From the NCBI GenBank assembly GCA_963729625.1, contig CAVSOU010000010.1:768001-832000 (forward strand): a DNA stretch of 64,000 nucleotides, read 5' to 3'. The position numbers and the translations under genes are program-made. The notes under the pieces were generated by a model that had not been told where the DNA came from, did no database searches, and worked only from the letters and a program-made list of their open reading frames with translations. Shown here piece by piece: positions 29,034-37,724 of the stretch; positions within the stretch are counted from its first letter, which is position 1, and each line of letters starts with the position of its first letter. This DNA is from an uncultured bacterium (GTDB lineage: Bacteria; Chloroflexota; UBA5177; JANWHV01).

Positions 29034-29260
29034 GCTTTGGCCAGCTGGATTTCGCGTTCTTCCGCGCGCCACGCAGCGTAGCGAAGCGCCTGCATAATGT
29101 CTTCGAGTTCAACGTATGGGTAGTCGGTCAGGATCTCCTCGATGCTATGGCCGGCACCGATTTGGCCAACAAGCATGCCGACCGTCACTCGCGTTCCCCG
29201 AATGCATGCTTTGCCCCCCATAACCTCAGGTCGTTGGGAAATGCGGTCGAATTGTGTCAT
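29030..29260 (-). CDS. DUF433 putative antitoxin
   Basis: RISQRPEVMGGKACIRGTRVTV, EEILTDYP. Confidence 0.9.
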   Translation of the reverse strand: MTQFDRISQRPEVMGGKACIRGTRVTVGMLVGQIGAGHSIEEILTDYPYVELEDIMQALRYAAWRAEEREIQLAKA

Positions 29261-29388
29261 GTAGCCCTCCTCAGACTTTCTGTCATGATGTTACCCAGAA
29301 GGCAGGCCATGCTGGTCCGTGCGCCCGACGCGATCACCGCGCCGGTGTCCAGATCTTCGTCGATGCGCAGGAGTCGTCGAAAGCCCGG

Positions 29389-29952
29389 TCAGTCTGCGGC
29401 TCTCAGAGCGGCAAGAGCGCCGCTCCAAGCGACCACCTGGTCGAGCATGGCGCTCAGCGAAGCTAGATGGTGGTCGCCCGGCTTGAAGCGCGTGTAGTGC
29501 TCAAAGTCGGCGTGCAGCGACAGGGCGACTTGGGAGCGAACATCGGCCATTTGCAGTTCCCCGGCGATGAGGCGCAGGTGTTCCACCGCCCGCGTGCCAC
29601 CAGCGCTGCCATAGCTGACGAAGCCCACAGCCTTGTTGTTCCATTCCTTATAAAGGAAGTCGATGGCGTTCTTGAGTGCGCCCGAGGTCGAATGGTTGTA
29701 CTCCGGTGTGACGAACACGAAGCCGTCGAAGCTTGCGATCTTGGCTGCCCAGGCAATGGTATGCGCCTTGGAGTACTGCCCGAGCGACGGGGGCATCGGT
29801 TCGTCGAGATGCGGCAAGTGGAAGTCGAGCAGATCGATGAGTTCGTAGTCGGCGTCAGCACGCTGCGATGCGATCGTGTAGACCCACCGTGCCACGGCCT
29901 CGCCATTGCGGCCCGGGCGCGTGCTACCGATGATAATGCCGATTCTGGTCAT
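29389..29952 (-). CDS. NADPH-dependent FMN reductase
   Basis: IIGSTRPGRNG, FVTPEYNHS, LKNAIDFL, FVSYG. Confidence 0.92.
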   Translation of the reverse strand: MTRIGIIIGSTRPGRNGEAVARWVYTIASQRADADYELIDLLDFHLPHLDEPMPPSLGQYSKAHTIAWAAKIASFDGFVFVTPEYNHSTSGALKNAIDFLYKEWNNKAVGFVSYGSAGGTRAVEHLRLIAGELQMADVRSQVALSLHADFEHYTRFKPGDHHLASLSAMLDQVVAWSGALAALRAAD

Positions 29953-30202
29953 TGCTGTACTCCTTTTTGTTACGGGTGTGTGCGTCTCGAAAATTCGGTG
30001 CTGTCTCAGTAGGGACGAGCGATGATGGGACTGGCGTGCTCTGTACTAGGTTGAGCAAGCAGGACGACGGGACCAGAATAACCGCAGCCCGGGGCCGGCG
30101 CGACCGCAGATCCCAGCCGGACTTGGCGTTGGGCGTGCAGGTCGTGCGCAGCTTGCCGGTGAGTCATTTCGTGCCCATGCGAGCGCTTGCCGATATCCCT
30201 GG

Positions 30203-31822
30203 TCATGCCTGCGCACCTTCCGGCCTGCGCGCCTCGAACGGCCGGGGCACGTTCGTCATGGCGGCGCCCGTCGCCAGACCGGACGTGCGGGTCGCGACCG
30301 GGGTCGCGCTTGCCCGGCCAGCCGGCGCCGTGCGACGACTATATGCGCCAGGCCAACCGGGGAGAAAACAGGCTAGGGCAGTGGCGACGATAGAGATGGC
30401 CAGCGCCGCGACGTAGGCATGCTCTAGGCCCGTGAGGTACTTCTGCTGGAATCGTCCGACTGCTGCGGCCGTGGCGCCGACCGACGGCTGACGGAGAGTG
30501 ACCGCCCCAGCGGCGATGGTGGCCAGCAGCGCTACGCCTATCGCCTGCATCGTTTGCTGGAAGGATCTGAGCAGCGGAGTCGCTCGTCTGATGCGAGTGA
30601 ACGGCACGTCGCTCAGTGCTGCAACCTGCGTGGTTTGGATCACCAGCGCTACGCCGATGCCGCGGAGTGCTGCCAAGACGGCGATGAGAGTCAGGCTCGT
30701 GGAGAGGGTGATGTGCGAGAGCTGATAGGTGTTGAAGACCAGGAGCAGGAATCCGACCAGGATCGGTAGGCGCGGCCCGACCCGGTCGGTAATCTTCCCC
30801 GCGAGAGGTGAGACAACCCCCGAGGTCAGGGCGAGGGGAAGCAGGAACAGGCCCGCTTCGAATGCCGTCCGACCGCGCAGGACCTGCAGGTACAGCGGGA
30901 GCAGGAACTCGGCGCCGAACAGGGCGACGCTACCCACCATGCCCACGACTCCGGCCACGGCAAAGCTGCGAATACCCAGGAGGCGCAAGTCGAGCAGCGG
31001 CTCGGGGGCCCGAAGCTCGGCCACGACGAGGGCGAGCAGCGCCGCCAAGCCCAGTCCCAGTCCTGCCAGCACGCGCCAGTCGCCCCAGCCCGCGCCGGGC
31101 TCCCCGGCCACCGAGGCGGCGAAGAGCAGGGCACCGAAACCAAGCGGCGCCAGCACGATGCCTGCAAGGTCGGCACGGGCCGCACGCGCCGGCTCCGCCC
31201 TCAGCAAGCGCCCGGCGATGCCGGCGCCCGCGAGGCCGATCGGCACGTTGATAAAGAATATCCAGGGCACCTGACCTTGGTCCACCAGCCAACCGCCGAG
31301 CAGCGGGCCACTCGCAGGGGCAAAGACCAGCACGATACCGAAAATGCCGAAGGCGAGGCCGCGCTGCTCCGGTGGGAAGGCCCCGAACAATAGGGCAGTG
31401 GCCAGTGGCAGCGCGATGCCGCCGCCGATTCCCTGCAATGCGCGCGCGGCGATCAGCAGGCCCAGATTCGGGGCCAGGCCGCAGAGCGCGGAGCCGAGCA
31501 CGAAGATGAGTAGACCGCCGATGTAGACCCGCTTGGCTCCAAGGCGGTCACCCAGGAATCCGGAGAGTGGGGTGGCGACTCCCAAGGCAAGCGTGTACAG
31601 ACTGATCACCCACTGGACGTCGCTGGTCGACGCCACGAACTTTTCCTGCAAGGCCCGTAGCGCCACATTGACCACCGTCGCGTCGAGGATCACCATGAAC
31701 AGACCCACCACGACCGAGGCCAAGACCTGCCATTTGTAACGATCGGCGCCGACCCCGCCTTCCCTGACGGCGGTCTTCCACGAACCTGGCGTGACCGGGC
31801 GCTCGCCGTGCGAGCTATCCAC
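30203..31822 (-). CDS. MFS transporter, DHA2 (EmrB/QacA) family
   Basis: LDATVVNVAL, GFLGDRLGAKR, ARALQGIGGG, GPLLGG, WIFFINVPIG, EPLLDLRL. Confidence 0.92.
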   Translation of the reverse strand: MDSSHGERPVTPGSWKTAVREGGVGADRYKWQVLASVVVGLFMVILDATVVNVALRALQEKFVASTSDVQWVISLYTLALGVATPLSGFLGDRLGAKRVYIGGLLIFVLGSALCGLAPNLGLLIAARALQGIGGGIALPLATALLFGAFPPEQRGLAFGIFGIVLVFAPASGPLLGGWLVDQGQVPWIFFINVPIGLAGAGIAGRLLRAEPARAARADLAGIVLAPLGFGALLFAASVAGEPGAGWGDWRVLAGLGLGLAALLALVVAELRAPEPLLDLRLLGIRSFAVAGVVGMVGSVALFGAEFLLPLYLQVLRGRTAFEAGLFLLPLALTSGVVSPLAGKITDRVGPRLPILVGFLLLVFNTYQLSHITLSTSLTLIAVLAALRGIGVALVIQTTQVAALSDVPFTRIRRATPLLRSFQQTMQAIGVALLATIAAGAVTLRQPSVGATAAAVGRFQQKYLTGLEHAYVAALAISIVATALACFLPGWPGAYSRRTAPAGRASATPVATRTSGLATGAAMTNVPRPFEARRPEGAQA

Positions 31823-32001
31823 TATTCCCCTCCAGCCCTCTGTTCCTGTGCCAAACCATGGACCTCGTGTTCCCGCGATACGGACTTCATCGCCGTAGCA
31901 ACGTGCCCTGACGTCGCTGCCGCTGCGTCCCGACGTAGAGTGCAGCCCTGCTAGACGTCTTCACCGAAGATGGAGCGTAGCGGCGGTGCCTGGTCCGCAC
32001 T

Positions 32002-32081
32002 ATGAATAATTTTTCTTAGTCAATTCCGCTCCGTATTCACTATACCCGAAGGCGCAGAGTTTGACTACGGTTATTAGTCAA
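32002..32081. promoter_or_regulatory. Two palindromic operator copies upstream of the MFS gene
   Basis: ATGAATAA-tttttc-TTAGTCAA (32002-32023) and TTGACTAC-ggtta-TTAGTCAA (32061-32081), flanking a minus-strand TATAGT. Confidence 0.7.
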
Positions 32082-32088
32082 ACAGCCA

Positions 32089-32560
32089 ATGTGGAGGTCG
32101 CGCTCCAGGCGGCTGCAGCGCGCGACGCGGCCGTCATCGCCGCACTGCACACCAGCAGCCGGTGTGGCACATATCGCGGCATCTTCTCCGATGTCTACCT
32201 GGACCATGAGATACTTACCGAGCGTCAGCGCTATTGGCGGCGCCAGCTTCAGGCAGAGCCGCGTGCACAGCAGAGCGTCCTGATGGCCACAGACGGCAGC
32301 ACGGGCGTCGGCTTCATCTGCGTCGTGCTAGACGCTGAGCCGTAACGGTGTCAATGCTCGACAATCTGCATATCCTGCCCTCCTACCAGGTTCGTGGGAT
32401 AGGACGGCAACTGCTCGACACAGGTCGTGCCTGGGTGCAACGCCGGGCGGCGTACGACCCCTAGCACCTGTGGGTGGTGGAGGACAACCGAGCTGCGCGG
32501 CGCGTCTAGGAGCATCTGGGTTACATACCGGCAGACCGCGCCATCCACCATGCCCCTGAC
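32089..32560 (+). pseudogene. GNAT acetyltransferase, disrupted
   Basis: DAAVIAALH..TYRGI..YW..VGFICV, stop at 32343, then LDNLHILPSYQVRGIGRQLL in another frame; ends approximate. Confidence 0.75.
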
Positions 32561-32846
32561 GGCACTGAGTTTTCGTCATGGCGCTACGTACAGCGGATCC
32601 AGGCGCCAGCGTCGAGTTGAGCATTCTGCTGTTTCAAGCTCCCAGCAAAAGCCCTGCACCCATCCCGTGCCACAGCGTGGCCGCCGGGTCGCCTGTCCCA
32701 CCACTGGAAGGACCGCGCGCGCAAGCGCTGGAGGCATCAGCGCATCTTCATGCGTGAGGCCGTGTGTTGCGCAGCGAGTTCGGCGCATATCCCGACGTCA
32801 GGTCCCGGTAATTACGACGTCGCACCCCATATCCAGCGGGCTATCG

Positions 32847-33200
32847 TTACTCCGTGCTACCAGCCACCTCGTCGAGAGATGCGGCAAGATAGACGATGCC
32901 AACGCCACCTCGACGATCGACTGCCTCAGGCGGAAGGAAGCGCGGCTCAGACTGATTGCGTACGGCGGCAGCCGCCTTGCGGATCGGGACGCCGCTGAGC
33001 ACGCGGTGCGCCAGCAGGCGCACGTGGTCAACATCCTCCACTCGGTACAGGCGCCGGTTTCCCCGTACGGTACGCCGCCGCAGCGGAATGCCGTACCGCT
33101 TCTCCCAGTTTCTCAGGGTGGTTGCCGGTACGCCCGTGAGGCGCGCAGCGGTGCTGATCGGGAACACGATGGACTGAGCAGGCCGACCTTCTTGCTCCAC
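32847..33200 (-). CDS. CarH paralogue retaining the MerR HTH but lacking the B12-binding region (possible pseudogene)
   Basis: FPISTAARLTGVPATTLRNWEKRYG..GNRRLY; tail GIVYLAASLDEVAG resembles the CarH C-terminus LAIYLGVTIDDAVG; start uncertain. Confidence 0.75.
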   Translation of the reverse strand: MEQEGRPAQSIVFPISTAARLTGVPATTLRNWEKRYGIPLRRRTVRGNRRLYRVEDVDHVRLLAHRVLSGVPIRKAAAAVRNQSEPRFLPPEAVDRRGGVGIVYLAASLDEVAGSTE

Positions 33201-33266
33201 GTGCCTTGCCCTCTGCTCAGCACACAGTCGCAGATCCTCAGGAGGCCTGCGCACACCGCCTACTCC

Positions 33267-33296
33267 AGTATGAGATGACTAATATAGATTATTCAA
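33267..33296 (-). promoter_or_regulatory. Promoter and operator of the CarH paralogue
   Basis: Minus strand TTGAAT-18 nt-CATACT; operator ATGACTAA-tataga-TTATTCAA; 26 of 33 nt match the carH promoter. Confidence 0.72.
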
Positions 33297-33460
33297 GCAT
33301 GGGTGGTGCGCCTGCCTGGTCCGTCTCGCGACCGCCATGCACGAGAAGTCTGCAAGGCGCCGCCGCCCATCCCCGCCGCCCACCCTCTGCCGTCGCCGGA
33401 TCACCGGCGGCGTGGTTCAGCGGTCGCCGAACGACGGACGCACCGGGCTGCAAACTGGAC

Positions 33461-33540
33461 TTGAAGAAGAAATCTAGTCAAAACGTACACCGTGTGGTAT
33501 GGTGGTAGCGAGGGCGCTTTGACTAGTAAAACTTAGTCAC
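33461..33540. promoter_or_regulatory. Operator copies upstream of the DUF4397 operon
   Basis: TTGACTAG-taaaac-TTAGTCAC (33519-33540) and a weaker TTGAAGAA-gaaat-CTAGTCAA (33461-33481). Confidence 0.7.
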
Positions 33541-33763
33541 GGTGTCTTGGGAGAGGTCAGGCGCCATGGTCGCGCAGAGCGCTCCTCGAGCGGTATGTGC
33601 CGAAGGGCACAGGGAGGGATGTGCAAGCCCGCTGAATAGTAGGTGCAGAATGTGTTCGGCTCGGTTACCGTTTACCACTTGCCGGCGAATCGCACCGGCG
33701 TCACCACCCAGATAGTCGCCTGAACGTTCACAGCCGGGACTTGCCGGCTCAAGAGGAGGATCG

Positions 33764-35059
33764 ATGACAGTCCTTGTTCACCGGCGGGTCTTCACCCGCC
33801 TGCTACCCCTGGTGTGTGCTCTCCTGGTGGCGATGCTCGCGCCGTCAGCATGGGGCCTCAACGCCAGTGCCGCAACTCCCCCGCCAACCGCGAACGTGCG
33901 CGTCGTGCATGCCTCGCTGGATGCTCCGGCCGTGGATGTGTATGTCGACGGGGCCAAAGCCTTCTCCAATCTTGCCTTCATGGCGGTCACGGACTACGCC
34001 TCGCTGCCGGCTGGCAGCCACCATGTGCAGGTCTTTGCCGCCGGTACCGGCCCGTCCGGCAAGGCGGTGATCGACGCCGCGGTGACGCTCAAGGCCGGCA
34101 CGGACTACACCGTCGCCGCTATCGGGCTGCTTGCGACGATCAAGCCTCTCGTGCTCGTCGACGACAACAGCCTGCCGCCACCCGGCGCCTCGCGCTTGCG
34201 TGCCGTTCACGCCTCCACGGACGCGCCGGCCGTGGATCTGGCCGTGACTGGTGGCCCCACTGTAATCAAGGGCCTGGCCTTCGGCTCAGCCAGTGACTTC
34301 CTGACCGTGAAGCCGGGCGCTCTTCCGCTCAATGTCCTGGCTGCCGGCACCAGTACGGTGGCCCTCGGCTTGCCCGACTTCCGCATCCACCCCGGCCGCA
34401 CGTTCACGGTGTTCGTGGTGGGCACGCTCAAGGGGGGCCTGCAGGTCATCGTGGCCAAGGATCGTGGGCCGCAGGCGCGCATACGCGTCGCGCATGCTTC
34501 GCCGGATGCCCCGGCCGTGGACGTCTACCTGGACGGCGCAGCGGCGATCACCAACCTCAGCTTCAAGACGGTGACCCCCTACCTGACGGTCCCCGCGGGC
34601 AGCCATCATGTCCAGGTCTTTGCCTCCGGCACCGGCCCGTCCGGCAAGGCAGTCATCGACACGACGGTCTTCCTGAAGAACGCCTGGGACTACACGGTCG
34701 TGGCCGCCAACAAGCTGGCCAATATCACCGCCTTCGTGCTGCATGACAACAACCCGCCACCGCCGAGCGGGAAAGCCGAAGTGCGTGTGGTGCATGCCTC
34801 GCCGGACACTCCGGCAGTGGATGTCGCGGTGACCGGCGGCGCGGTGCTGAGCTCAGGGCTGCAGCCCAACGCGGCCAGCGACTACCTCACGGTTCCTGCC
34901 GGCACCTACAATCTGGAAGTGCGCGCGGCAGGCACGACCACCGCGGCACTGAAGCTGCCGGGCGTCACGCTCGCCGCCGGCAAGATCTACACGGTCTACG
35001 CTGAAGGGCTGCTTTCGGGCATGCCCGCGCTCAGCACCATTACCTCGGTCGACAACTAG
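33764..35059 (+). CDS. Secreted DUF4397-like (AlgF-like) tandem-repeat protein, four repeat units
   Basis: Signal peptide (..ASAA); four xRxxHASxDxPAVD repeats; GAGGAGG RBS. Confidence 0.85.
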   Translation: MTVLVHRRVFTRLLPLVCALLVAMLAPSAWGLNASAATPPPTANVRVVHASLDAPAVDVYVDGAKAFSNLAFMAVTDYASLPAGSHHVQVFAAGTGPSGKAVIDAAVTLKAGTDYTVAAIGLLATIKPLVLVDDNSLPPPGASRLRAVHASTDAPAVDLAVTGGPTVIKGLAFGSASDFLTVKPGALPLNVLAAGTSTVALGLPDFRIHPGRTFTVFVVGTLKGGLQVIVAKDRGPQARIRVAHASPDAPAVDVYLDGAAAITNLSFKTVTPYLTVPAGSHHVQVFASGTGPSGKAVIDTTVFLKNAWDYTVVAANKLANITAFVLHDNNPPPPSGKAEVRVVHASPDTPAVDVAVTGGAVLSSGLQPNAASDYLTVPAGTYNLEVRAAGTTTAALKLPGVTLAAGKIYTVYAEGLLSGMPALSTITSVDN

Positions 35060-35114
35060 CGCGCGTGCCTCGCAGATACGCTTTACCCGTTTAGCACCTA
35101 ACAGGGAGCAGTCA

Positions 35115-35834
35115 ATGTCAATGTTCACATCGCTCAAACACATGGGCGTGGCCATCGTCGTGGCGGGCGCCACGCTTGCGCCGCTCGCCGTCACCCATAC
35201 CGCACAGGCTGCCGGCACTGCGTACGTGCGTGTCCTCCACGCCAGCCCCGATGCCCCCGCCGTCGAGGTCTTCGTCGACGGGGCCAAGGCGGTAAAGAGC
35301 CTGTCGTTCCCCTATGTCACGCCGTTCCTCACCGTCCCTGCCGGCTCGCATCACCTGCAAGTATTCCCGGCCGGCGCGGCGTATAGCGCCAAGGGCGGGG
35401 TGATCAACGTCACCGTGCCCTTCACGGCCAACATCTACTACACCGTAGCAGCCGTCGGCCAGCTCAAGGCGATCAGCGCCAAGGTGTTCAGCCTCCCGGC
35501 AGGCATGAACAGCACCAAGGCCACGGTGCGCTTCATCCACCTTTCGCCCAACGCGCCGGCTGTGGACATCGAGGCCAAGGGGGCGGGGCTTATCTTCAAA
35601 GACGTCGCCTTCCCCAACCGCGCCATGGCTCCGGTCACCGTACCGACAGGCAGCTACACCTTGTTGGTCCACCCTGCCGGTGCAGACAGCACCACCGTGT
35701 TGACGGTGAGTGGCATACAGCTCAAGGCCGACCATGACTACACCGTGGTTGCCATTGGGCTATTCAAGGGCACGGGCGCGCAGAAGCTCAGCGCGGTCGT
35801 ACTGGACGACGACCCGATGTCGAACGGCATGTAG
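35115..35834 (+). CDS. Secreted DUF4397-like protein, two repeat units
   Basis: Signal peptide (..AQAA); VRVLHASPDAPAVEV and VRFIHLSPNAPAVDI. Confidence 0.85.
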   Translation: MSMFTSLKHMGVAIVVAGATLAPLAVTHTAQAAGTAYVRVLHASPDAPAVEVFVDGAKAVKSLSFPYVTPFLTVPAGSHHLQVFPAGAAYSAKGGVINVTVPFTANIYYTVAAVGQLKAISAKVFSLPAGMNSTKATVRFIHLSPNAPAVDIEAKGAGLIFKDVAFPNRAMAPVTVPTGSYTLLVHPAGADSTTVLTVSGIQLKADHDYTVVAIGLFKGTGAQKLSAVVLDDDPMSNGM

Positions 35835-35991
35835 GGAGGAGTTAGCGAGCAGCCGTGCCGTTGCGAGTCTACGGCACGGCTGCCCTGGCAGTGTGGCAAG
35901 GCGAGAGTCGCAGAAGAATAAGCGAATCGTGACCAGGAAACGCCAACACAAGAACCCCGTAGAAGTTGGCAGCCGACGTCCCGTTCCGATT

Positions 35992-36048
35992 GAGAGCGCC
36001 GGCGGCGTGGCCGCTGCCCTGCGTGCGATCGGTCAGTCCAACTACATT
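35992..36048 (+). repeat. 57-bp inverted diverged fragment of the S51-CysRS fusion gene (about 12767-12823)
   Basis: ESAGGVAAALRAIGQSNYI against ESAEDVGAALRAIGQANYI; 10 mismatches in 57 nt. Confidence 0.75.
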
Positions 36049-36114
36049 GGTGACAGCAGAACGGGCACAGCGCCCGAGTTGCGTGCCTGTGCAATGACTG
36101 GACCTTGGTGATCT

Positions 36115-36612
36115 ATGACTATTTGGAGTGGCAGGGACCTTCGTGTGGCGCCCGACGCCGATTTGGATCCCGGCCGAGCGATAGCGGCCGGGATCGCGGC
36201 TGCAAGTGCCTATCTGCTGGTAATGTACGCGGACATGGCGATCACGCGGTCGGCCTCCGACGATCTGCTCATGCTTGGCCGGCCTTTCACCTCGGACCCA
36301 CGCCGAGCACGCCTCATCGGCCTGCCCTTGCACGTGGGATTCGGCGCCGCCGTCGGCCTTCTCTACGGCGGCTACGGGCATTGCCGGTTGCGCGGTCCCA
36401 ACTGGCTGCGCGGCGTCGCCATGATGGCCATCGAAAACACGGTACTCTGGCCCACGGCAATCATCGCCGACCGCATGCACCCGTCGATGGTGTCGGGGGA
36501 GCTGCCAAAACTGAACACGCCGCTGCCGTTCGCCCAGCAGCTAGTGCGGCATGCTGCCTTCGGCCTCGTGCTGGGCATCCTGTGTGGGAACGGCCGGCAC
36601 GTCTCAGGGTAG
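36115..36612 (+). CDS. Hypothetical membrane protein (about 4 TM, His inside TM segments)
   Basis: Hydrophobic segments; GLPLHVGFG, RHAAFGLVLG; co-oriented with neighbours. Confidence 0.7.
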   Translation: MTIWSGRDLRVAPDADLDPGRAIAAGIAAASAYLLVMYADMAITRSASDDLLMLGRPFTSDPRRARLIGLPLHVGFGAAVGLLYGGYGHCRLRGPNWLRGVAMMAIENTVLWPTAIIADRMHPSMVSGELPKLNTPLPFAQQLVRHAAFGLVLGILCGNGRHVSG

Positions 36613-36787
36613 GAGGTCGGCGCGGCGGACGCACGGCGGAAGTGCTTGCCTGCGCCGTTATCGCTCGTATCTTGACAGCTGCTCTGCGAAGGTTCAGTTT
36701 CGCTGGTTAGGCGCTATATTTTGGGCTGCGACCGGTCTTCCAACGCCAAGGCAACAGCCGCGTCAAGGGACAGAAACAGCAGCAGCT

Positions 36788-36955
36788 GTAGTGCGCAGTG
36801 CCTACGGCGCCAGGTCGGCCCTTAGCCTTCTGGATGGCAGAGTCACATACGTGAGCGACAGGAAGGGTATCATTCGTTACAGGTTCTCTTCCCTGATCCG
36901 CGTGCATCATCACGTCCAGGAAGCGCTGAAGGTCGTGCGCTCCCTGGAAGAGGCT
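36788..36955 (+). pseudogene. C-terminal remnant of a BCP peroxiredoxin paralogue
   Basis: VRSAYGA..GRVTYVSD..RYRFSS..RVHHHVQEALKVVRSLE matches the end of 23948-24454; active-site half absent. Confidence 0.85.
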
Positions 36956-36959
36956 GCAG

Positions 36960-37484
36960 ATGGGCTTCCCGACACTCACCGCGTTCAATCTGGCGGAACA
37001 ACGGGTCACACTGCCCGGGGACCTGAGCGGTGAGCGGAACTTGCTGCTCATCGCTTTCCAGAGATGGCAGCAAGAGGAGGTCGATACCTGGACCGGGCTG
37101 GCCGCGCAATTGGGCAGCGACCATCGAGGATTCCAATTCTATGAGCTGCCAACCCTCGAGCCGGGGAACCCGCTCTCTCGCTGGTTCATCAACCAGGGCA
37201 TGCGCTCGGGGATCAGAGACCTGGAGAGCCGCCGTCGCACGATCACGCTCTATCTTGACAAGAAGGCGTTTCGCCGTGCTCTAGACCTTCCGGACGAGAA
37301 GCAGATTCACGTGCTGCTGGTCGGCCGCGACGGGACGGTCTACTGGCGGGCCGCGGGGCGTCTCAACGAAGACAACGCACGGTCGCTGCGAGCAATGCTC
37401 GCCGAATGGGAGCGGGAGGAGTCGCTGCGCAGTATTGGCCGTCAGGTCGAGGAGCATGTCGATGAGCCGATGCACGATGGATGA
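36960..37484 (+). CDS. Conserved hypothetical thioredoxin-like-fold (ATP10-like) protein
   Basis: FPTLTAFNL..VTLPGDL, IAFQRWQQEEVDTW, FINQGMRSGI, TITLY. Confidence 0.7.
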   Translation: MGFPTLTAFNLAEQRVTLPGDLSGERNLLLIAFQRWQQEEVDTWTGLAAQLGSDHRGFQFYELPTLEPGNPLSRWFINQGMRSGIRDLESRRRTITLYLDKKAFRRALDLPDEKQIHVLLVGRDGTVYWRAAGRLNEDNARSLRAMLAEWEREESLRSIGRQVEEHVDEPMHDG

Positions 37485-37724
37485 CGCGTTCAGCCCCCAG
37501 CTTGTAGATGTTGTCGGCGTCGCCGGCGATGCACAGGCATGCGAGGGATTGCTGATTCGGTGGATTGGCGGCATGCGCAGCACTCGTTCCTGCACAGCAA
37601 AGACATGTCAAGAATCGCGCAGGGCGAAAAGCCTCGGGCTGCCTCTGCCAGCAGATGGCCGGGCCTTGGCAACGTGCGTCGGCCCTGGGAGCAACGGTCC
37701 TTCCGACCGGTCAGGAGGACCGAC

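Noticed and set aside
33764-35834. CRISPR-like or tandem DNA repeats
   Set aside because: The repeats are coding domain duplications inside DUF4397-like genes, with no spacer structure or cas genes.
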